Assembly: GCF_900105015.1 (NCBI RefSeq)
Contig: NZ_FNLK01000003.1
Span: 1-32,000 of the forward strand
From: Schaalia meyeri
Lineage (GTDB): Bacteria > Actinomycetota > Actinomycetes > Actinomycetales > Actinomycetaceae
Reading direction: 5' to 3'
Length of the DNA stretch: 32,000 nucleotides
Part shown: piece by piece, positions 25,707-32,000 of the stretch
Position numbering within the stretch: the stretch's first letter is position 1
Layout of the letters: every line of letters starts with the position of its first letter
Position numbers and translations under genes: made by a program
The notes under the pieces: generated by a model
Databases searched by the model: none
The model's input: the letters and a program-made list of their open reading frames with translations, nothing else
What the model was told of the DNA's origin: nothing

Positions 25707-26390
25707 ATGACCGGTCGAGCGATCAGCGATCGACACCGCGCGATCTTGCGAGTGATCAGCGACAAGCTGGAGGCGAACGGCTTTCCGCCGTCTGTGCGCG
25801 AAATCGCATCCGCCGTCGGCTTGGCCTCTCCATCGACGGTGAAGCATCACCTCGACGCCCTCGAAGCCGACGGATTCCTGGTGCGCGAAGCGGGCCTTCC
25901 TCGCGCGCTTGACCTCACGGACCGGGCGCGCACCGAACTGGGCGTCGACGATCCTGCCCAGGCCGCCTCGTCGGTGGTCCGCATCGAAGTTCCGGTCTCC
26001 AACGTCCAGGAAGAAGGAACGGCAATCCCCCTGGTCGGACGCATCGCCGCCGGCGCACCCATCACCGCCGAGCAGCACATCGAAGACATCGTCCACCTCC
26101 CCACCTCAATGACGGGCCACGGAGACCTGTTCATGCTGGAGGTCAGTGGCCAGTCCATGGTCGACGCAGGGATTTTCGACGGAGACTACGTTGTCATCCG
26201 TTCCCAAAACGATGCGCGCAACGGAGAGTTCGTCGCTGCCATGATCGACGGGGAAGCAACGGTCAAGGAGCTATCGATCACGAGCGGACACGTCTGGCTG
26301 CTCCCCCACAACCAGGACTACTCGCCCATCCCCGGCGACGAGGTAACAATCCTCGGGAAAGTCGTCACCGTCATACGATCCCTGCGGTAA
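25707..26390 (+). CDS. lexA: SOS repressor LexA
   Basis: Winged-HTH N-terminus (FPPSVREIASAVGLASPSTVKHHLDALE), Ala-Gly cleavage site (RIAAGAPI), and S24 peptidase Ser (SGQSM) and Lys (ATVKEL). Confidence 0.96.
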   Translation: MTGRAISDRHRAILRVISDKLEANGFPPSVREIASAVGLASPSTVKHHLDALEADGFLVREAGLPRALDLTDRARTELGVDDPAQAASSVVRIEVPVSNVQEEGTAIPLVGRIAAGAPITAEQHIEDIVHLPTSMTGHGDLFMLEVSGQSMVDAGIFDGDYVVIRSQNDARNGEFVAAMIDGEATVKELSITSGHVWLLPHNQDYSPIPGDEVTILGKVVTVIRSLR

Positions 26391-26399
26391 CCGCATGAA

Positions 26400-26437
26400 A
26401 CGCGTGGCGCCGACCCGGATAGGTCGGCGCCACGCGT
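26400..26437. terminator. Bidirectional hairpin terminator between the convergent lexA and ldh genes
   Basis: acgcgtggcgccgacc (26400-15), cggata, ggtcggcgccacgcgt (26422-37): a perfect 16-bp stem. TCTTT follows on the + strand. Confidence 0.7.
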
Positions 26438-26449
26438 CGGTCTTTACAC

Positions 26450-27439
26450 CTACAGGCCTAGGTCGCGTGCAACTTGGCGCAGACGCTGAGCCGACGCGGT
26501 CAGACCGTCGCGCTCGTTGAGGGTGAGCGGCGGGTTCAGGACCCGTCCCGCGCCGTCGCGGCCAACGATGGTGGGCGCCGCCATGACGACGTCTGAAATG
26601 CCTTCCCAGTCCTCAAGCAGCGTCGAGATCGTCAGGACGCGCTGCTCATCGCGCAGGACCGCGCCAGCGATCTTCGAAGCTGCCAGGCCGATCGCGTAGT
26701 TCGTCGCACCCTTGCCCTCGATGATCTTGTAGGCGCTCTGAACGACCTCCTGCGCGATCGATGCGCGCAGGGCGGAATCGAACACGCCGCCGCTGAGGGT
26801 CGGACCCCACTGCGACAGCGGGACGTTGCCGATCTCGGCGCTGGACCACAGGGCGACCTCGGAGTCGCCGTGCTCGCCCGCGATGTAGGCGTGAATGTTC
26901 TGCGTGGCCACGCCGGTCTCGCGCGACACCAGGTAGCGCAGGCGGGAGGTGTCCAGCACCGTTCCCGAGCCGAACACCTGGTTACGGGGCAGACCGGTGA
27001 TCTTCAGCGCCGCGTAGGTGACGACGTCGACCGGGTTCGTGATGAACATGAAGCGTGCGTCGGGGGCAACGTTTTGCAGGTTCGGCACGATCTTCTTCAT
27101 GAGGCTGACGGTCGAACCGGCCAGTTCCAGCCGGGACTGTCCGGGCTGTTGCTTGGCCCCGGCGGTCACGATGATCAGGTCGGATCCGCGAACGATTTCG
27201 ACGTCATCGGAGCCTTCGATCGACCCGGCGGGGGTGAATTGGATGCCGTGAGCCATGTCGAGGGCCTCTGCCTCGACCTTCGGCTTGTTGATGTCCTGGA
27301 GGACGATAGAGCGGGCATCGCCGCGCATCGCGCACGCGTAAGCGACGGCCGTGCCAACGGCACCGGCGCCGATGATGGCAATCTTGGAGGGACGTCCGAA
27401 GGACTTTGACGGGTATAGGGTCTGCGCTTGGTTTTCCAC
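26450..27439 (-). CDS. ldh: L-lactate dehydrogenase
   Basis: IAIIGAGAVG NAD-binding site, VTAGAKQQPGQSR substrate loop, GEHGDS catalytic His, and ITNPVD. GTG start at 27439 with AGGAGA 5 nt upstream. Confidence 0.92.
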   Translation of the reverse strand: MENQAQTLYPSKSFGRPSKIAIIGAGAVGTAVAYACAMRGDARSIVLQDINKPKVEAEALDMAHGIQFTPAGSIEGSDDVEIVRGSDLIIVTAGAKQQPGQSRLELAGSTVSLMKKIVPNLQNVAPDARFMFITNPVDVVTYAALKITGLPRNQVFGSGTVLDTSRLRYLVSRETGVATQNIHAYIAGEHGDSEVALWSSAEIGNVPLSQWGPTLSGGVFDSALRASIAQEVVQSAYKIIEGKGATNYAIGLAASKIAGAVLRDEQRVLTISTLLEDWEGISDVVMAAPTIVGRDGAGRVLNPPLTLNERDGLTASAQRLRQVARDLGL

Positions 27440-27542
27440 GAGTATCTCCTAGAGTCTGCGGGCACTCCCATTGTCTCAGATACACCGGGGCGTGAGGCCG
27501 TAATCTGCGCGACGTTTTGCGTGATCTCGCCGCGCTTCCCGC

Positions 27543-29480
27543 CTACTGTTTGGATTCCTCGCAAAGCCGTCTCAGGGCACCACGAACGACCTGAGGGTCG
27601 GTCGTGGGCCACATCCGCGGCATCGACCGCAGGATGAATCCCCCGTACCGTTTCGTTACCACGCGAGGATCGAGGATAGCGACGACCCCTCTATCCTTAG
27701 TCGAGCGCAGTAGCCGCCCCGCGCCCTGCGCCATCATGAGCGCCGCGTGGGTAAGGGATACGGACATGAACCCATTCCCGCCCCGACGTTCGACGTCCAT
27801 CGTTCGCGCGCGGGAGACGGGGTCGTCCGGACGCGGGAACGGGATCTTGTCGATGATGACCAGGCGGCAGGCTTCCCCCGCGACATCAACCCCCTGCCAC
27901 AGCGACATCGTGCCGACCAGGCAGGAGTCACGTTCGTCCCGGAAGCGTTGGATCAGCTGCGCGAGCGTCTCCTCCCCCTGCAGATAGACGGTCAGCTCCG
28001 TTCGTTCGCGCAGCGCCTGAGCGCCCGCCTGCGCACCGCGCCGCGATGCGAACAGGGCGAGCGCTCCCCCGCCCGAGGCCTGGGTCAGTTCCACCAGCTC
28101 GTCCAGCAGCTGATCGGATGGGCCGTCGCGCCCCGGGAGCGGCAGGTGGGCGGCCACGTACTGGATGCCCTGGCGCGAATGATCGAAGGGAGAACCGACG
28201 TCAATTCCGTGCCACGGAATCCCTAAGACGGCCATTCCGGTCTGACTCGCCATGAAGTCGAAGTTTCCTCCGAGCGCCAGCGTCGCTGATGTAAGGATCG
28301 CGGGACGCTCGCCGATGCCGACGCCGCCGATCGCGGCAGAGACGTCGAGTGGCCCCACCGTCAGGCGCGCGTTCTCGGACTCATCCCTGGTGACGTACGC
28401 GATTGACTGGGCGGGGTCACGGCCCCACGCGTCGAGGGTATTGATCAGCTCGTCGAGCGCGGCGCGCGCCAACAGCTTTGCTGCCGCGTCCCCCTGAGCC
28501 TCGCTGACCTCGTGGCTGGCACGGCGGGCCGCATCATCCAACACGACCATCGCGTCATCGAGCACGCTCGGCCGATACTCCAGCAGCCCTTCCGGCAGGG
28601 GCGCCAGAGCTGCGCCCAGCCCGGCCCCGGCTTCATCCAGGGCCGTGGAGTCGATGGACAGATTCGAGCGCAGGGCGCGCGCCACTCGGCTCACGCGCGC
28701 CACCGTCAAGTCCGCCGCGGCCTGGGCGCGCACCCGATCCGCAAGCACGTGCGCCTCGTCAATGACCACCGCGCCGTACTCCCCGAACAGTTCACCCTCG
28801 CCGCACGCGCTGATACCAAAAAGCGAGTGGTTGGTGACCACGACGTCGGCGCCGGACGCCTGCACCCGAGCGGCCTGCGCACAACACTCATCGATCAGTG
28901 GACAGTGCTTCCCCAGGCATTCGGGCTTCGTCACGGACACGTGATGCCACGCTCGATCCGATACGCCCGGGGTGAGGTCGTCGCGATCCCCTGTGCGACT
29001 CTCGCCTATCCACTCGCGGATGCGCAGAATCTCCTTGCCGAGAGCGCCCGTCGGTCCGCCGAGGTCGCGGTCCTCAAAGAGCGTCCCCTCGCCGGGGTAG
29101 CCGCCGTCCAGTTTGTGCAGGCAGGCGTAGTTTGACCAGCCTTTCAGCACCGCGACCTTGAGGCGAACCCCGGTCACGGACGCGACCGCATCGATCGCCA
29201 CGGGAGCGTCCTTGACTAGGATTTGACGCTGCAGCGCGAGCGTCGCGGTCGACACCACCCCTCGCACGCCCCGGGTTGCGCACATCGACAGCAGGGGAAC
29301 AAGGTAGCCGAGCGACTTACCCGTGCCCGTGCCCGCCTGGACCAAGAGGTGCTCACGATCCTCCAAACAGGCAGCGCCCTCAGCCACCATCGATGCCTGC
29401 CCCTCCCGCGCGACACCTCCCATCCGGGCGACAACCTCATCGAGGACGCGCCCTGACACACCCACTAGATCCTCGCTCAT
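27543..29480 (-). CDS. dinG: DinG/XPD-family ATP-dependent DNA helicase (Fe-S type)
   Basis: QAGTGTGKSLGYLVP Walker A, a DEAH box (VIDEAHVL), and a Cys cluster (YACLHK...ECLGKHCPLIDECC) consistent with a 4Fe-4S domain. The ATG at 29480 forms an ATGA overlap with the hflX stop. Confidence 0.85.
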   Translation of the reverse strand: MSEDLVGVSGRVLDEVVARMGGVAREGQASMVAEGAACLEDREHLLVQAGTGTGKSLGYLVPLLSMCATRGVRGVVSTATLALQRQILVKDAPVAIDAVASVTGVRLKVAVLKGWSNYACLHKLDGGYPGEGTLFEDRDLGGPTGALGKEILRIREWIGESRTGDRDDLTPGVSDRAWHHVSVTKPECLGKHCPLIDECCAQAARVQASGADVVVTNHSLFGISACGEGELFGEYGAVVIDEAHVLADRVRAQAAADLTVARVSRVARALRSNLSIDSTALDEAGAGLGAALAPLPEGLLEYRPSVLDDAMVVLDDAARRASHEVSEAQGDAAAKLLARAALDELINTLDAWGRDPAQSIAYVTRDESENARLTVGPLDVSAAIGGVGIGERPAILTSATLALGGNFDFMASQTGMAVLGIPWHGIDVGSPFDHSRQGIQYVAAHLPLPGRDGPSDQLLDELVELTQASGGGALALFASRRGAQAGAQALRERTELTVYLQGEETLAQLIQRFRDERDSCLVGTMSLWQGVDVAGEACRLVIIDKIPFPRPDDPVSRARTMDVERRGGNGFMSVSLTHAALMMAQGAGRLLRSTKDRGVVAILDPRVVTKRYGGFILRSMPRMWPTTDPQVVRGALRRLCEESKQ

Positions 29481-31009
29481 GCCCCGCTCACCGCCGCGCC
29501 GTCCACCGTCCCACAGGCCGCCTCGCGTGCGATCACCGTAGCCAGCGCCTCGTCGACGCGCGCGACGAGGCGCGTACCAGCGTCGACGTATTCCTCGCGC
29601 TCCACGTCGCCTTCCTCGTGGACCCTGTGCACCAGGGCACCCGCCGCATACGGCAGGATCGCGTCGATGGCGATGCGAGGCCGGGGAAGCAAGTCCTCCA
29701 GCGCGGCGCGCAGGTCATCCACGCCCCACCCGGTGTACGCGCTCAGCGCCACCGCACCCGGAAAAACCGTGCGCAGCAGCGCGACCTGCTCGGGTGAAGC
29801 CAGATCAGCCTTGTTCAAGGCAATCAGCTCCGGGATGTCGGACGCGCCCTCGATCGTGTCGATAACGGAACGTACGGCCCGCACCTGAGACACCGGATCC
29901 GGGTGGGCCGCGTCCACGACGTGCACGATGACATCGGCCTGTCCCACCTCCTCCAGGGTCGACCGGAAGGCCTCCACCAGCTGGGTTGGCAGGTTGCGCA
30001 CGAAACCCACCGTGTCGGTGAGCGTGTACTCCCGGCCGTCGGCCGCCCGGGCGCGGCGAACGGTGGGATCCAGGGTCGCGAAGAGCGCGTCCTGCACGAG
30101 AACACCCGCGTCCGTGAGGCGGTTGAGCAGCGTCGACTTGCCCGCGTTCGTGTACCCGGCGATGGCCACCGACGGCACTGCCCCGCGCCTGCGCGAGCTG
30201 CGCTGGGTGCGCCTGGCCGGCTCCATGCGGGCAATCTCGGAACGCAGCTTCGCCATGCGCGTGCGGATGCGACGCCGGTCGAGCTCGATCTTGGTTTCAC
30301 CGGGCCCCCGCGAGCCTATGCCCGCGCCGCCGGCGACGCGCCCACCGGCCTGACGGGACATGGATTCGCCCCATCCGCGCAGTCGCGGCAACAAGTACTC
30401 GAGTTGAGCCAGCTCCACCTGCGCCTTGCCCTCACGGGACTTCGCGTGCTGGGCGAAGATGTCCAGGATGAGTGCCGTGCGGTCGACAACCTTCGCGTCG
30501 ACGACGTCCTCCAGGCCTCGGCGCTGAGAGGGAGCCAGCTCCCCGTCAACGATGACGGTGTCCGCGCCCGCCGAGCGTACAATCTCCGCGAGCTCGCGTG
30601 CCTTCCCCGATCCCAGGTAGGTCGCCGGGTCGGGCTTCATGCGGCGCTGAATGATGCCGTCCAGGACCCGCGATCCGGCGGTCTCGGCGAGCGCGGCCAG
30701 CTCCCGCAGCGAGTTCTCGGCTTCCTCCTCGCTCTGCGTGGTGCGCAGTCCTACCAGGATCACTTTCTCGAGGCGCACCTGCCGATACTCGACCTCGGCG
30801 ATGTCGGCGCGGTCGGACGCTCCGGTGTCGACGCGTCGCGTGCCCGCTCGGGCCTCGCGTTCGAGCGCGCCCGCATCCCCCGAGTGATCCTGCCCCGACG
30901 TTGAGGCGAGCGCCGTGCCGGAGCGCGCGAGGATACGCGCGACGACGTCGTTGACGCGCTGGTCGCGCTGCTCGGTTGAGGCGTTGGAATCGTTGGGGGT
31001 CGTGTCCAT
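29477..31009 (-). CDS. hflX: Ribosome-associated GTPase HflX
   Basis: HflX N-domain (DRTALILDIFAQHAKSREGKAQVELAQLEYLLPRL), G1 GYTNAGKSTLLN, G3 DTVGF, G4 NKAD. I chose the start at ATG 31009 (AAGGA upstream). The track's 708-aa ORF adds 198 implausible residues antisense to the next gene. Confidence 0.9.
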   Translation of the reverse strand: MDTTPNDSNASTEQRDQRVNDVVARILARSGTALASTSGQDHSGDAGALEREARAGTRRVDTGASDRADIAEVEYRQVRLEKVILVGLRTTQSEEEAENSLRELAALAETAGSRVLDGIIQRRMKPDPATYLGSGKARELAEIVRSAGADTVIVDGELAPSQRRGLEDVVDAKVVDRTALILDIFAQHAKSREGKAQVELAQLEYLLPRLRGWGESMSRQAGGRVAGGAGIGSRGPGETKIELDRRRIRTRMAKLRSEIARMEPARRTQRSSRRRGAVPSVAIAGYTNAGKSTLLNRLTDAGVLVQDALFATLDPTVRRARAADGREYTLTDTVGFVRNLPTQLVEAFRSTLEEVGQADVIVHVVDAAHPDPVSQVRAVRSVIDTIEGASDIPELIALNKADLASPEQVALLRTVFPGAVALSAYTGWGVDDLRAALEDLLPRPRIAIDAILPYAAGALVHRVHEEGDVEREEYVDAGTRLVARVDEALATVIAREAACGTVDGAAVSGA

Positions 31010-31175
31010 GTCCGTCCTTTTGCGTGGGGCTTCCAGTGTCGCACGTGTCGCGCGCCTTTCCGACTCGTGGGGGCACGAGTGTCGACCGGCATGTCGGCGG
31101 GTAGCGCAAACTTCGAATCGGATGGGCGAGCGCCCCGTCTGCGCCGTCGCCCGCGGGCGCGATAGGCTTTCTTGC

Positions 31176-31790
31176 GTGGACGAACAGTACTTCACCGATT
31201 CTTCTCCCGCGAAGGCCGACCAGACCCGCCTGATTGAGGTGAGCGCGCGCGGATTCGACCTGTCGATGCGCGTCTCCTCGCGCGTATTTTCCGGGTCCAA
31301 GCTGGATCTGGGGACGCGCCAGCTCCTGGAAAACACACCCGACCTGCCGCGGAGCGGGACCTTCCTGGACCTCGGGTGCGGATGGGGTCCGATCGCGACC
31401 GTCATGTCGTTGGAGTCTCCCGAAGCCGACGTGTGGGCAATCGACGTGAACTCGCGGGCACTGGACCTGACGGCACGTAACGCGCGGACAAACGGGGCCC
31501 GGGGAGTGCTCACGATGAAGGCCGCGGAGGCACTGGCTGCCTCGATCGAATCCCACACGCGCTTCGACGTCATGTGGTCCAACCCGCCCGTGCGCATCGG
31601 CAAGGACGCGATGCACGAGATGCTGGCGCAGTGGCTGGGTCGGCTGGCCCCGGACGGGGTCGCCTACCTGGTGGTTCAGCGCAACCTCGGAGCGGACTCA
31701 CTGATCACCTGGATGAAAGGCCGCGGCATGGCTGCGAGCAAGTACGCGTCGAAGAAGGGCTACCGCATTATCGAGGTGCGCCCCGCCTGA
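31176..31790 (+). CDS. Class I SAM-dependent methyltransferase, small-domain RsmC/RlmG-like (NPP motif)
   Basis: FSGSKLDLGTRQLL, LDLGCGWGPI (SAM motif I), SNPPVRIG (N/D-PP-x catalytic motif). I prefer the start at GTG 31176 (VDEQYFTD...) by length analogy with homologues. The alternative is ATG 31122. Confidence 0.75.
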   Translation: MDEQYFTDSSPAKADQTRLIEVSARGFDLSMRVSSRVFSGSKLDLGTRQLLENTPDLPRSGTFLDLGCGWGPIATVMSLESPEADVWAIDVNSRALDLTARNARTNGARGVLTMKAAEALAASIESHTRFDVMWSNPPVRIGKDAMHEMLAQWLGRLAPDGVAYLVVQRNLGADSLITWMKGRGMAASKYASKKGYRIIEVRPA

Positions 31791-31864
31791 GTATCACTCA
31801 GCGTCATCATCGCGGCCCGGGGACCCTCGCACCCACAGGCGGGTCATGCGACTCGTGTGAGGCG

Positions 31865-32000
31865 TCAGAGCAGGCGAATCTGGGCGACGCGCGTGGCCGG
31901 CCCCGTCAAAAACACCGAGGCCCCGGTAACGGTGGGAGTCTCTCCCGACCAGTCGATAACACCGTCGAGTCCCACGCGCACTGTTCCGCGGGGAGTGTCC
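31865..32000 (-). CDS. dapF: C-terminal fragment of probable diaminopimelate epimerase (runs off the right edge)
   Basis: My translation: ...TVRVGLDGVIDWSGETPTVTGASVFLTGPATRVAQIRLL*, stop TGA at 31867-31865. It resembles the DapF C-terminus pattern VxVxLxGGxLxIxW...[ML]TGPAxxVxxGxIxL. dapF-hflX adjacency is conserved in Actinobacteria. Only 45 aa are visible. Confidence 0.45.
   Translation of the reverse strand, partial: DTPRGTVRVGLDGVIDWSGETPTVTGASVFLTGPATRVAQIRLL

Noticed and set aside
31060-31110. TGTCGA/TGTCGG motifs and a CTCGTG-GGGG-CACGAG hairpin in the hflX / methyltransferase divergent region, considered as a PafBC (RecA-independent) promoter motif or an SOS box.
   Set aside because: The spacing to any TANNNT hexamer does not fit TGTCGG-N8-TANNNT, and there is no GAAC-N4-GTTC. 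The evidence is too weak to report.
31010-31603. N-terminal 198 aa of the 708-aa ORF containing hflX. Similar N-terminal extensions affect the PAC2 ORF (18615-18998), the LysM ORF (25518-26096), murC (4090-4251), murD (7931-8029) and ftsQ (2702-2776).
   Set aside because: The extensions lack homology-like sequence and cross divergent promoters or upstream genes. Internal starts have good SD sequences or ATGA/GTGA coupling overlaps, and they give canonical protein lengths.

Overview
High-GC actinobacterial core chromosome (gene content and order resemble Actinomycetales; I cannot name the species). All coordinates come from my own reading of the sequence and the supplied ORF track. Minus strand, right to left: a division/cell-wall (dcw) cluster mraZ-rsmH-ftsL-ftsI-murF-mraY-murD-ftsW-murG-murC-ftsQ-ftsZ-pgeF (14151 down to 1), tightly packed with many 4- or 8-nt start/stop overlaps and no murE. 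Upstream of mraZ lie a 657-bp non-coding gap, then DUF3040 and dinB. The rest is housekeeping and SOS genes: a spermidine-synthase-like methyltransferase, a PAC2 protein, a HelD-like helicase, serA, an acyl-CoA ligase, nrdR, a LysM (ChiZ/DivS-like) gene divergent from lexA with three Cheo-type SOS boxes, ldh, hflX-dinG, an RsmC-like methyltransferase, and a probable dapF 3' end. I found no tRNA, rRNA, CRISPR array, transposase or integrase, and no convincing novel multi-gene protein system. Most long alternative-frame or antisense ORFs in the track are high-GC artefacts. The real oddity is non-coding: a base-perfect 12-bp x 24.75 tandem array (GGGGAGCACAGT, 14439-14735) upstream of mraZ. Each unit junction recreates the GTGGG core of MraZ operators, and the array supplies 25 phased G4 runs. 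Lesser items: a candidate structured RNA between mraZ and rsmH, a C-terminal 11-residue repeat tail on the acyl-CoA ligase, an 8-mer repeated three times before ftsZ, and hflX-dinG translational coupling.
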